Source: an uncultured Gemmatimonadaceae bacterium
GTDB lineage: Bacteria > Gemmatimonadota > Gemmatimonadetes > Longimicrobiales > Gaopeijiaceae
Reading direction: 5' to 3'
Length of the DNA: 64,000 nt
Assembly: GCA_964546115.1 (NCBI GenBank)
Contig: CAZJIM010000002.1
Coordinates: forward strand, 1,742-65,741
Shown one piece after another: positions 26,486 through 35,809 of this stretch (position 1 is the first letter of the stretch; every line of letters starts with the position of its first letter). The notes beneath the pieces were generated by a model, which saw only the letters and a list, made by a program, of their open reading frames with translations, made no database searches and was not told where the DNA came from. Position numbers and translations under genes: made by a program.

Positions 26486-27475
26486 CTAATAGCAGATTCG
26501 GTGGCAGAGTTCGTCACCTGGGTCTTTGCTCAGGTGTGCGAGCACCTCGGGGAGGTCCTTGAAGTCACTTTCCCCTGTGATGAGAGCATCAAGGTTGGGG
26601 TCTCGAAGGAGATCCAGTGCCAACTCCATCCTACGAGACCAGGTCCACCGGGGTGATCGCATTGACGGCAGACGTCCCACCTGACTGCACTTCACGGAGA
26701 GACGGCGCGAATGGAAGCCCTCTCCGAGAGGTAGGCATACAGACTCGTTTCCGTACCAACTCACTTCGACGATTGTGGCCTCTCTCCCTGCGGACTCCAG
26801 CGCTCCTCGGAGCCCGCTCGGGCTTCCGCTTGCATGGAACACCAGGTCCGCATCTGCCTTTGGCGGGGAGTCCGTGCTGAAGGGCACGCCCAGCGCTTCG
26901 GCCTGGGACTCTCTGGACGCGTTCAGGTCGATTGCTGTTACCTGAGTGCCGGGAATCTGACGGCATAGCCAGGAGATGAGCAGTCCTATCACTCCCGCGC
27001 CGATGACGACGATCCGGTCTCCGGTTGAAGGAGCTCCGTCCCAGACGGCGTTCACCGCCGTTTCCATATTTGCCGCCAGGACGGCTCGGGCAGGTGGCAG
27101 ATCATGAGGAAGAGGGGTTACTGCTGACTCCTGCACCAGATATAGGTCCTGATGGGGATAGAGGCAGAACACCGTCTGGCCCTCCAGGTTAGCGCCCGAC
27201 GAGTCGGCTTGCTCCACCACCTCTCCCACGCTCGAATACCCGTACTTGATAGGGCCGGGGAGGGTGCCTTCCTGGAACGGCGCTCGCATCGTCACATACT
27301 GTGACGGGGGCACCTCCCCCTTGAACACCAGGGACTCAGTTCCACGGCTGATTCCGGAGAAGAGCGTTCGCACTAGCACCTCGTGCCCTTGCCTCGAAGG
27401 CAGATCTCTCCTCAAGATTTCTCCTTGGCCCGGCCCCTGAATCCAGAACTGCCGGGAACTCTTCGTTTTTGACAT
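26486..27475 (-). CDS. MDR-superfamily dehydrogenase, BchC-like subgroup
   Basis: 329 aa. GroES-like N-domain with [12 protein letters not shown] in place of the GxCxxD zinc-Cys motif. The Rossmann motif is [10 protein letters not shown]. Confidence 0.85.
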   Translation of the reverse strand: MSKTKSSRQFWIQGPGQGEILRRDLPSRQGHEVLVRTLFSGISRGTESLVFKGEVPPSQYVTMRAPFQEGTLPGPIKYGYSSVGEVVEQADSSGANLEGQTVFCLYPHQDLYLVQESAVTPLPHDLPPARAVLAANMETAVNAVWDGAPSTGDRIVVIGAGVIGLLISWLCRQIPGTQVTAIDLNASRESQAEALGVPFSTDSPPKADADLVFHASGSPSGLRGALESAGREATIVEVSWYGNESVCLPLGEGFHSRRLSVKCSQVGRLPSMRSPRWTWSRRMELALDLLRDPNLDALITGESDFKDLPEVLAHLSKDPGDELCHRICY

Positions 27476-27509
27476 GTCCCTTCAGCTCTCTGGATGCGGG
27501 TCGGTCCCC

Positions 27510-28256
27510 ATGTCTTCAACCAACCACGGTTCCATGGTTCCGTTCACAGCAGGCGGTGCTCTTCACCGATCGGGAGGAGACCTTGGTGTCGCAGTTCTTC
27601 CGCTCCTGGCGGTCACCGCTGCAACTTGGCGGCTCTTTGGCCTCCCTGCCAGCTACCTGATTCAGGTAGTGGCGGTCTACGTAGCAATGTCCGCGTTGGT
27701 GGTGTGGCGTTCACCGGCGCCCTCTACGACTCGGGGCCTGGGTGTCGCGAACCGGATCACCCTGGGTCGGGCGACGCTCGTTCTTCCCGTAGCAGCACTT
27801 GTGTTCCATCCTCAGATCGTCGTGGGTGCGGCGTACTGGTGGATCATTCTCTGTTCCGCTCTGGCGATGCTCCTGGACAGTCTTGATGGGCGCGTGGCTC
27901 GGCGGACTGGGACGACCTCTGCCTTCGGAGCCGGGTTCGACATGGAGCTGGACGCGTTCTTGATCCTAGTACTCTCGGTCCTCGTCTGGCAGAGTGGGAA
28001 AGTGGGTCCATGGGTCCTTCTGATCGGTGCCCTTCGCTACCTTTTTATCGCCGCTGGGTGGATGTGGCCGAGGCTCAGAGGGAAGTTGCCCGAGAGTCAA
28101 CGGAGAAAGGCAGTGTGCGTGGTTCAGGGAATTGTGCTGTTGGCATGTCTGGCGCCGATGATTCCTTCGGTGATGGCTTCGGCGGTGGCCGCGGGAGGCT
28201 TGGCGCTACTCATGTACTCATTCGCGGTCGACGTTGCCTGGCTGGTGACCCACTAG
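27510..28256 (+). CDS. CDP-alcohol phosphatidyltransferase family protein
   Basis: Signature D-G-x2-A-R-x8-G-x3-D-x3-D is present as LDSLDGRVARRTGTTSAFGAGFDMELDA, with about 6 TM helices. The start is uncertain among ATG 27474 (overlaps the divergent start), 27510 and 27534. Confidence 0.8.
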   Translation: MSSTNHGSMVPFTAGGALHRSGGDLGVAVLPLLAVTAATWRLFGLPASYLIQVVAVYVAMSALVVWRSPAPSTTRGLGVANRITLGRATLVLPVAALVFHPQIVVGAAYWWIILCSALAMLLDSLDGRVARRTGTTSAFGAGFDMELDAFLILVLSVLVWQSGKVGPWVLLIGALRYLFIAAGWMWPRLRGKLPESQRRKAVCVVQGIVLLACLAPMIPSVMASAVAAGGLALLMYSFAVDVAWLVTH

Positions 28257-28429
28257 GTCACAGACTCCCACAGCCGAAGCACTCGGTCAAAACGGTCAAT
28301 ACCCGTCGAAGGTTTGATATTTGTTCCGGACATTTCGTTGAAGCCGGCCAGGAGGTGGGAGGATTATGTGCTCCGGCTCGACATGCGAGTGGTCGCCCCT
28401 CTGTGGGTGAGTCGGTTCGGTTTCCCGTA

Positions 28430-28942
28430 TCACGATCCAGACCCGACAATGTCGCCACAGGCGATGGGGGCTCCGCCGGAGCCATGAATTTGCACGAAAA
28501 GCGGCTCAGTCACCGGCAGCGCATCAGTCCCGAGAATCGTTGTGCCTGTCCCGGTACCATCGGCCAGACCCACCACTGAGTTTAGCGCTGCGGCTACCGG
28601 GCCTCCTTCCTCGCATACTCCCCGATGGACGTGAGATACGAACTCCAGCACCTCGGGAAGGTCCTCTACCCGGATAACTAGCACAGTCTGCCCGGCGGCG
28701 TACGTGGCAGTGAGTTCTCCCATCGTACCGGATCCGCCGACGGGCAGTATTGGACTTGACGGGGGGAGCGATTCGCGATCCGTGACTGCGGCTGCGGCTG
28801 CGTCCGTCCGGGCAGTCGGATTGTCCGGCGGCGCGGGTTCAACGTAGAACTGCTGGGTTGCCGGCTGCCCCTCACCACACCCCGTGACGAGCAGGAATAT
28901 CACGCCAAACGCCAGGACTCCTCTTTCGATTACCAATCTCAC
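28430..28942 (-). CDS. CHRD-domain-like lipoprotein
   Basis: GTG start. Lipobox LLVTGC. SHVHRGVCEEGGPVAAAL and FVQIHGSGGAPIACGDI resemble the CHRD motifs aHIH.G..G.nGpV and yvNvH...GeiRG. Confidence 0.5.
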   Translation of the reverse strand: MRLVIERGVLAFGVIFLLVTGCGEGQPATQQFYVEPAPPDNPTARTDAAAAAVTDRESLPPSSPILPVGGSGTMGELTATYAAGQTVLVIRVEDLPEVLEFVSHVHRGVCEEGGPVAAALNSVVGLADGTGTGTTILGTDALPVTEPLFVQIHGSGGAPIACGDIVGSGS

Positions 28943-29105
28943 CCACTTTTCATAAACGCTTAGGACTAGCTACGGAAAGATGGCCCCCTCAATGTGACTG
29001 GTACAGATCCTGACCGACGACCTCGCCACGAACGCGTCGTACGGGCAACCTTGGAGGCCCCATTCTCCCATCGTAGATTTCGGCTGGTCGAATTACCCTT
29101 AGCAA

Positions 29106-30386
29106 ATGGCTGCACGTTCAAGCCTGGAGCCTCTCTTGAGTATCTGGAACCGGCGTAGGACCAAGGAAGTCGATGTGGGTGGGGTCCGAATCGGGGGTGA
29201 CAACCCGGTCGCGGTCCAATCTATGACGAACACAGACACCGCGGATATCGGGGCCACAGTAGCTCAGGTTATTGAGCTAGCCCGGGCTGGGAGCGAGCTC
29301 GTCCGGGTGACGGTCAATAATAATGATGCAGCGCGAGCCGTACCTGAAATCGTTGCCCGCCTTGCCGACGCAGGGCTGGACACTCCGATCGTAGGGGACT
29401 TTCATTATAATGGCCACATTCTTCTGAGAGGTCATGCTGCGTGTGCGAGGGCTCTCGCCAAGTATCGGATCAATCCTGGAAACGTTGGGGCGAAACGCCG
29501 CGACGAGAATTTTCAGGAAATCATCCGTATCGCGGTGGACAATGGCAAGCCCGTGAGGATCGGTGTGAACTGGGGTTCGCTCGACCAGAAACTGCTTACT
29601 GAGATGATGGACGAGAACGCGACTCGGCAGGAGCCCAGGGACGCTCAGGTGGTTCTTCGTGATGCGATGGTGGAGAGTGCACTTCGTTCCGCGAAGTTGG
29701 CAGAGGCTACGGGGCTCAGCTCCGATCGGATCATTCTGTCGGCGAAGGTATCGGAGATTCCCGAGCTGATTGCAGTGTATCGGCAACTGTCACCGCTCTC
29801 TAAGTACCCGTTGCACCTCGGGCTCACCGAGGCGGGGATGGGTGCGAAGGGGATTGTGTCCACCGCTGCGGCGCTCTCCGTGCTTCTCATCGAGGGGATC
29901 GGAGACACGATCCGGGTGTCGCTGACCCCGCCGCCAGGAGGTGATCGGTCGGAGGAAGTCCGGGTCGCGCAGCAGATCCTTCAGTCCCTCCACATCCGTA
30001 ACTTCGAGCCCCAGGTGACCGCCTGCCCCGGCTGTGGTCGGACGACGTCCAGTTTCTTCCAAGAGATGGCTGAGAACATCCAAGGCTACATCCGCGAATG
30101 CATGCCGGAATGGCAGGAGTCCTATTCAGGAGTGGAAGAACTCCAGGTCGCGGTTATGGGCTGTGTTGTTAACGGGCCCGGCGAGTCAAAATACGCCAAT
30201 CTCGGAATCTCGCTCCCCGGAACCTTCGAGGACCCCCAGGCGCCGGTGTATGTCGACGGAGAGCACTTCACGACTCTGAAAGGGGACGGCCTCGTGGAGG
30301 AGTTCAAGGTGATCCTACTGGAGTACATTCGTCGTCGCTACGGACAGATAGACTCAGTCGACAGGGAAGTGGGTGCTTCAGCCTGA
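29106..30386 (+). CDS. ispG: 4-hydroxy-3-methylbut-2-enyl diphosphate synthase
   Basis: 426 aa. Has [20 protein letters not shown] and the C-terminal 4Fe-4S Cys motif (TACPGCGRT...GCVVNGPGE). Confidence 0.95.
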   Translation: MAARSSLEPLLSIWNRRRTKEVDVGGVRIGGDNPVAVQSMTNTDTADIGATVAQVIELARAGSELVRVTVNNNDAARAVPEIVARLADAGLDTPIVGDFHYNGHILLRGHAACARALAKYRINPGNVGAKRRDENFQEIIRIAVDNGKPVRIGVNWGSLDQKLLTEMMDENATRQEPRDAQVVLRDAMVESALRSAKLAEATGLSSDRIILSAKVSEIPELIAVYRQLSPLSKYPLHLGLTEAGMGAKGIVSTAAALSVLLIEGIGDTIRVSLTPPPGGDRSEEVRVAQQILQSLHIRNFEPQVTACPGCGRTTSSFFQEMAENIQGYIRECMPEWQESYSGVEELQVAVMGCVVNGPGESKYANLGISLPGTFEDPQAPVYVDGEHFTTLKGDGLVEEFKVILLEYIRRRYGQIDSVDREVGASA

Positions 30387-30404
30387 CTGGCTCCTCTCCA
30401 AAAT

Positions 30405-31847
30405 ATGTCCATTCGCGTTCGCTTCGCTCCGTCCCCGACCGGTCACCTACATCTTGGAGGAGCCCGCACCGCGCTCTTCAACTGGCTGGTGGCCCGGAGC
30501 GAGGGTGGGGCCTTCATCCTACGGATCGAAGATACGGATCGGGATCGCTCCTCACAGGAGATGGTCGGGGGCATTCTTCATGGTATGGAGTGGTTGGGGT
30601 TGGACTGGGACGAGGGACCGTTCTTCCAGAGTCAGGGGCTGGCTCGGCATAGAATCGAGGTGGGAGAGCTTCTCGACCGAGGGCTCGCCTATAGAGACTT
30701 CACCTCGGCTGAGGAGTTGGCCGGTGTCAGAAAGGAAAACCCCGCCGACGCGGTGCGTTACCCTAGGGAACAGGCTGACCGGCTGGCCCCGGGGAAAGCG
30801 GATCAGAGGGCATCGGATGGAGAAGATCACGCAATTCGTTTTCGGGTCCCGTCAGGCGAGACGTCCTGGAGAGATCTGGTGCATGGGCTCATCCGTTTCC
30901 GGAACGAGGACATCGAAGATCTCGTCCTGTTGCGAACCGATGGAACCCCTACCTACAACCTTGCAGTTGCTTCCGACGACGCGCATATGCGGATTACGCA
31001 TGTCATCCGCGGCAATGACCACCTCTCAAACACTCCCAAGCAGATTCTTATCCTGCAGGCCCTCGGAAGACCTGTACCAATCTTTTCACATGTGCCCATG
31101 ATCCTAGGGCCTGATGGCAGGAGGTTGTCTAAGAGGCACGGGGCCACTGCGGTCGGCGACTACGAGGCGCGGGGGATCCTACCCGAAGCGATGGTCAACT
31201 TTCTTGCACTGTTGGGTTGGTCTCCCGGCGCCGATGAAGAGTTGATGAACCGGGAGGAGTTGATCCAAAAGTTCTCCCTAAACCGGGTTCTCAAGAAGAG
31301 CGCGATCTTCGATATGGCAAAACTCGAATGGCTGAATGGGAAGTACCTGTGCCATATCCCCGCGGAGGATTTAGTCGATCGGGTGCTAAGTGAAACGGGA
31401 TCCTCCCGCGAGGAGGCCGAGAAGCGGCTAGTGGCGGATCGGGCCTGGTTCCTCGGACTCATCGACCTCCTGAAGCCCCGGGCCCGAACCGCCGGGGACA
31501 TCGCTGCCCAGGCGAAAGTATTTTTCGAGGACCCGGTGCAGCTAGAAGCTGAGGCGGTGCGGCGGTACTGGAGCAAAGATCCTAGAATGACCTGTGGTTT
31601 GCTTGCTGCGCTTGAAGAACGGTTTGCTGGGGTGCCCTGGGAGGAAGACCGGTTGGAGGTAGCGCTTCGCGGGCTTGCTGATGAGCATGAACTCGGAGCC
31701 GGTAGACTGATCCACCCACTGCGTGTTGCGTTGACCGGTCAGGCTGTGAGCCCCGGAATTTTCGAGGTGCTCCGCTTTCTTGGCCGAGACCGTGCATTAG
31801 TTCGAATTAGGGACGCTGTCAGTCGCCTTAATGAAATGCAGACGTAG
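30405..31847 (+). CDS. gltX: Glutamate--tRNA ligase
   Basis: 480 aa. HIGH motif (PSPTGHLHLGG) and KMSKS-type motif (RLSKRHG). Confidence 0.95.
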   Translation: MSIRVRFAPSPTGHLHLGGARTALFNWLVARSEGGAFILRIEDTDRDRSSQEMVGGILHGMEWLGLDWDEGPFFQSQGLARHRIEVGELLDRGLAYRDFTSAEELAGVRKENPADAVRYPREQADRLAPGKADQRASDGEDHAIRFRVPSGETSWRDLVHGLIRFRNEDIEDLVLLRTDGTPTYNLAVASDDAHMRITHVIRGNDHLSNTPKQILILQALGRPVPIFSHVPMILGPDGRRLSKRHGATAVGDYEARGILPEAMVNFLALLGWSPGADEELMNREELIQKFSLNRVLKKSAIFDMAKLEWLNGKYLCHIPAEDLVDRVLSETGSSREEAEKRLVADRAWFLGLIDLLKPRARTAGDIAAQAKVFFEDPVQLEAEAVRRYWSKDPRMTCGLLAALEERFAGVPWEEDRLEVALRGLADEHELGAGRLIHPLRVALTGQAVSPGIFEVLRFLGRDRALVRIRDAVSRLNEMQT

Positions 31848-31852
31848 CGTGC

Positions 31853-31882
31853 TTGACACTGTTTCAAACGGCGGGTTAAGCT
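31853..31882 (+). promoter_or_regulatory. Candidate promoter of the lexA-like gene with an imperfect palindrome in the spacer
   Basis: Perfect -35 TTGACA (31853-31858), an 18-nt spacer and TAAGCT (31877-31882). The spacer holds CTGTTT-C-AAACGG (31859-31871, 5/6 complementary arms). Confidence 0.3.
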
Positions 31883-31924
31883 GTTCACCCGCTTACTCAC
31901 TGGGCCGAGTCCCGGAGAGCGTAA

Positions 31925-32578
31925 ATGCTCACTGTCCTCACCGATCTGGAACGGCAGATACTGGACTACCTAGTTCAGTATCTTCGCACTAACACCTATC
32001 AGCCTTCTGTTCGAGAGATCGGTGAGGAGTTCGACATCAGGAGTACCAAGACAGTATCTGAACACCTGAGCGCGCTTGCCGACAAGGGATATGTCGAGCG
32101 TGATTCCTCACGATCTCGGGGAGTTCGGATCCTGGGTATGGACCTCAACCCTCAGACGGTATCTGTTCCCTGTTATGTTGCAATTCCTGATGACCTTCAC
32201 GGCTTCGTGTTGGGCGGAGTTGAGGCCTGCTACTCGGTTGACCGCCGGATGGCGGGTAAAAAGGGATGCTACTTCGTCCGAGCGCAGGGGGAAGAGTTCG
32301 AAGGTCTGGGGATCGAGCACGGAGACTTCCTACTGGTCGAGCCTGCTTCGGCTAATGTGGTCAAGGAAGGAGATCTGCTGGTGATCGGGAGGTCCAAGGG
32401 GGTGGGACTCTATCGGTACAGTGGCAACGGGAGCCATCACTTCCTGAGCCCTGCTCGGGCGGGTGCGGAGCCCTTCGCCGTGGGTTTGACCGAAGATCTC
32501 GGTGTCACCGGGCGGGTCACCGGATTCTTCCGAAGCTTCGAGCAGACTGCTGTCCCCGTGAGGACCACGGCCCGCTGA
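31925..32578 (+). CDS. LexA-like repressor with a degenerate S24 peptidase domain
   Basis: 217 aa. LexA wHTH (LTDLERQILDYL...PSVREIGEEF...VSEHLSALADKGYVE). The C-terminal domain aligns gap-free to E. coli LexA, but Ser119, Lys156 and the Ala-Gly cleavage site are all replaced. Confidence 0.8.
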   Translation: MLTVLTDLERQILDYLVQYLRTNTYQPSVREIGEEFDIRSTKTVSEHLSALADKGYVERDSSRSRGVRILGMDLNPQTVSVPCYVAIPDDLHGFVLGGVEACYSVDRRMAGKKGCYFVRAQGEEFEGLGIEHGDFLLVEPASANVVKEGDLLVIGRSKGVGLYRYSGNGSHHFLSPARAGAEPFAVGLTEDLGVTGRVTGFFRSFEQTAVPVRTTAR

Positions 32579-32646
32579 TGGCCCGGCCCGTATCTGGGCC
32601 CCTCAAGGTATACTTCCAGCCCCCTAGCGTCGGAGATCGTGCTTGG

Positions 32647-33135
32647 ATGGCTCGCGCGCTTGAGCGGGCACGGGAGGCTTGGGACCAGGGGGAAGTGCCC
32701 GTCGGTGCCGTTCTTGTCAGGGACGGTGCGATTCTTTCAGAGGCATCCAACAATACGATCCGTTGGTCCGATCCAACCGCTCATGCAGAAGTCGTGGCTA
32801 TTCGTAAGGCGGCGAGTGGGATCGGCGATTGGCGGCTTCAGGATACGACCCTGTACGTGACTCTGGAGCCATGCGCACAGTGTGCTGGAGCGATCATTCT
32901 AGCTCGGATCTCGCGGCTCGTTTACGCAACGCCCGAACCCAAGAGTGGTATGGTGGGAAGCCTGGGGAATCTCGTTCAAGATCCGCGACTGAATCACCGT
33001 GTGAAAGTGACCACAGGCGTACTGTCCGAAGCCTCAGCGGGGCTACTGAGAGAGTTCTTCCGAGAAAGAAGACCGAGAACCGCAGCCGTACACTTCAGTG
33101 ACCTCCCGGCCTCGCCAACGGAGGATGAGGTATAG
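32647..33135 (+). CDS. tadA: tRNA adenosine(34) deaminase
   Basis: CDA zinc motifs HAEVVAI and LEPCAQCAGA. Start placed at ATG 32647 (MARALERAREAW...). The track ORF from 32578 (TGATG overlap with the lexA-like gene) is also possible. Confidence 0.9.
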   Translation: MARALERAREAWDQGEVPVGAVLVRDGAILSEASNNTIRWSDPTAHAEVVAIRKAASGIGDWRLQDTTLYVTLEPCAQCAGAIILARISRLVYATPEPKSGMVGSLGNLVQDPRLNHRVKVTTGVLSEASAGLLREFFRERRPRTAAVHFSDLPASPTEDEV

Positions 33136-35043
33136 GGTCAGGGCTCCTCCGGCTAGCGCAACCCAAACCGGGAGACCAAATGCCGTTCCAATGTCCCCGA
33201 GAGGTACCGTGATCGCCGCAACCACCATGGCATACGGGAGTTGCGTTCGGACATGGTCGACGTGATCACAAGAGCTTGCCATCGATGATAGAACGGTAGT
33301 ATCGGAGATCGGGGAGCAGTGGTCTCCGAAGATGGCGCCCGCGAGTACCGACGAGATTGCGCCCAAAAGAATCGAGTATTGGGCCCCTGCCTCGAAGCCC
33401 GTCCCGCCGCCCAGGCTTACGGTGAGGGGAATCACGAGAGGGAGGAGGATTGCCATCGCTCCCCACGAGGTGCCCGTCGCAAACGAGATCGCAGCAGCAG
33501 TGAGAAATACCAGGGCAGGAATAAGCTCGAGTGGAAGCCTCTCGCTCAGGATCTGTGATAAGTATTGAGCGGTCCCGAGCACTTCGGTGACGGATCCGAG
33601 TGACCAGGCCAGGACGAGAATGATCACCGCAACGACCATCGCCCGCATTCCCTCAATGAGGGCTCCGATGGTCTCCTGGATCGAGAGTATTCTCTGTCCA
33701 ACGGACAGCAGAAGAGCAACGATGCAGCCCGCTAGAGATCCCCAGAGCAAAGTCGTGAAGGGGTCTGCCTCTCCGAACACGCTCATCAGTGAGGCACCTG
33801 GGCCTGCCACCGCGCTTCCGGTCGCGTACAGACCCCCAAGGACTACGGCAATGACGGTCATCACCGGGACCGCGGCATTCCACCACCGTTCCGTTGCGCC
33901 TGGAGGTGGCTGCATTGCTTCTCCGGATGCGTCGGTAGAAAGGAGTGCTCCTGGCCGGAACAATCCTTCCCCAGAAGCGGCGCGAGCTTCCGCCGAGGCC
34001 ATTGGCCCAAAGTCCCGATTCGTCCACGAGGTAAGGAACACTAGATAAAGGGCCATCAGCGGATAAAAGCGATACGGAATTGTCTGTATGAACACACTCA
34101 GAGGCGAGGCTGAGAGCAAAGCCCCGGCCAATGCGGGAGAGGTGGTCTGCTGCTCGGCCGCGATTCGAAGTCCGTCGCTGATGAGTGAGATTTCATAGCC
34201 CACCCAGGTCGAGATCGGTACAATCGCGGCTACCGGAGCGGCCGTCGAATCAACGAGGTACGCGAGCTTCTCTCGTGAGATCTTGAGGCGATCGGTGATT
34301 GGTCGCATCGTGTTGCCCACGATGAGGGTGTTCGCGTAGTCATCGAAGAAAATCGCAAGACCCGCACTCCAGGTGGCCAGCTTCCCTCGCCGACGGGTTG
34401 TCGCCCAGTTTACGACTGTGCCGACGATCCCTCGCGTCCCACCGTTTCGTGTGATTATACCGACCATGCCCCCTAGGAGGAGCGAAAAAACGACGATCTG
34501 GGTCTGCCCGCTCGTATCTCCGAGGGCTGGTACGGCGAATTCGTCGATTACCCTCCAAAGAGCTGTTATGGGGTTGAACCCTACTAACGGAAGCGCTCCC
34601 AGCCAGACACCGGCGAAGAGAGAGATCACGACCTCCCGGAAGACGAGCGCTAGCGCGATTGCCAGAAGTGGAGGAAGGAGAGAGAACCATCCCGGAACGA
34701 ATGGGGCTGAGATTTCACTCTGAGTTTGCTCGAACACGGCTCGGATGGGGAGTTCGGCTCTTCGCTCGATTACCAGGCCAGCTAGTTCTTCCGAGCCGCC
34801 TGGCCCGATCTCTCCCTGAGCCATCACCCGGCCCCGCGCAGTCTCAATCCGGAAGAGGACCGACTCTCCCGCTGAACCGACGACCATGAGATCGAAAGGG
34901 GTTCCACCGACGAATACTCGCGGTGTACCCTCGACTTCTTGCGCGAGAATTTGAGTCGAAAGTGGACCAAGTACGATCAGTCCGGCTAGCACTGCGAGCA
35001 GTCTTAGTCGCCCAGTACGCGCGCTGGAACTGACTCGGGTCAT
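33043..35043 (-). CDS. NhaC-family Na+/H+ antiporter with N-terminal signal and extra domain
   Basis: 666 aa, polytopic. Family motif is GAIFGDHCSPISDTTVLSSMAS.CDHVDHVRTQLPYA. The 3' end overlaps tadA by 93 nt (convergent). Confidence 0.85.
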   Translation of the reverse strand: MTRVSSSARTGRLRLLAVLAGLIVLGPLSTQILAQEVEGTPRVFVGGTPFDLMVVGSAGESVLFRIETARGRVMAQGEIGPGGSEELAGLVIERRAELPIRAVFEQTQSEISAPFVPGWFSLLPPLLAIALALVFREVVISLFAGVWLGALPLVGFNPITALWRVIDEFAVPALGDTSGQTQIVVFSLLLGGMVGIITRNGGTRGIVGTVVNWATTRRRGKLATWSAGLAIFFDDYANTLIVGNTMRPITDRLKISREKLAYLVDSTAAPVAAIVPISTWVGYEISLISDGLRIAAEQQTTSPALAGALLSASPLSVFIQTIPYRFYPLMALYLVFLTSWTNRDFGPMASAEARAASGEGLFRPGALLSTDASGEAMQPPPGATERWWNAAVPVMTVIAVVLGGLYATGSAVAGPGASLMSVFGEADPFTTLLWGSLAGCIVALLLSVGQRILSIQETIGALIEGMRAMVVAVIILVLAWSLGSVTEVLGTAQYLSQILSERLPLELIPALVFLTAAAISFATGTSWGAMAILLPLVIPLTVSLGGGTGFEAGAQYSILLGAISSVLAGAIFGDHCSPISDTTVLSSMASSCDHVDHVRTQLPYAMVVAAITVPLGDIGTAFGLPVWVALAGGALTLYLILRWRGREVTEVYGCGSRSSFSEELSQ

Positions 35044-35248
35044 TGGGAAGGTCTCAGGTCTTATGGGTCCGGGAGGGGAAGCGGATACATCCCGAGCGAG
35101 GGCGGTTCATGATGAACTAGAGTCCGGGGAATGTAAAGATGGGACGACAGGTGATCGGGGAAGTGTTTGAAGGCTCCGTTGACACTCGCTCGAAGTCCAG
35201 TCTAGGTTTTGCCGATTGCTTACCTGATGACGATCGGAGCCCCTGTCC

Positions 35249-35809
35249 ATGACGGACGATGCGCCCGTTACGCTTCTTGACCAAAGTGCAGTCGAGCGAG
35301 CCCTCGCTCGGATGGCGCGGGAGATCTTGGAACGCAACGAAGGGACCCGTGACCTGGTTCTCCTTGGTATCAGGCGTCGAGGGGTCGAGCTATCGGAGCG
35401 AATTCGAGGTTTCATCGAAGGTGAGGAGGGGATCGAGATTTCGTCAGGAGCAATCGACATCACTTTGTATAGAGACGATCTGGCACAGATTGGACCTCGC
35501 CCGGTGGTCGGGGAGTCTACTCTTCCGATGGGGGGGATCGACGACCAGACCGTGGTAATCGTGGACGATGTTTTCTTCACTGGTCGAACGGCCCGCGCCG
35601 CTCTGAATGAAGTAATGGACTGGGGTCGGCCGTCCCGGATCCTGCTTTGCGTGCTGGTCGATCGGGGTGGTCGAGAGCTTCCGATTCAGCCGGATATCGT
35701 GGGGCGCCAAGTCACGGTGCGTCCGCGTGAGAAGGTGGACGTACGAGTGCCGGAGATCGATAGCCGCCTTACCATCGAAATCTCGTTTTCGGGGGAGAAG
35801 GAGACTTGA
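35249..35809 (+). CDS. pyrR: Bifunctional pyrimidine operon regulator/uracil phosphoribosyltransferase
   Basis: 186 aa. Has [17 protein letters not shown] and the PRPP loop [18 protein letters not shown]. It lies directly upstream of pyrB with a 4-nt overlap. Confidence 0.9.
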   Translation: MTDDAPVTLLDQSAVERALARMAREILERNEGTRDLVLLGIRRRGVELSERIRGFIEGEEGIEISSGAIDITLYRDDLAQIGPRPVVGESTLPMGGIDDQTVVIVDDVFFTGRTARAALNEVMDWGRPSRILLCVLVDRGGRELPIQPDIVGRQVTVRPREKVDVRVPEIDSRLTIEISFSGEKET

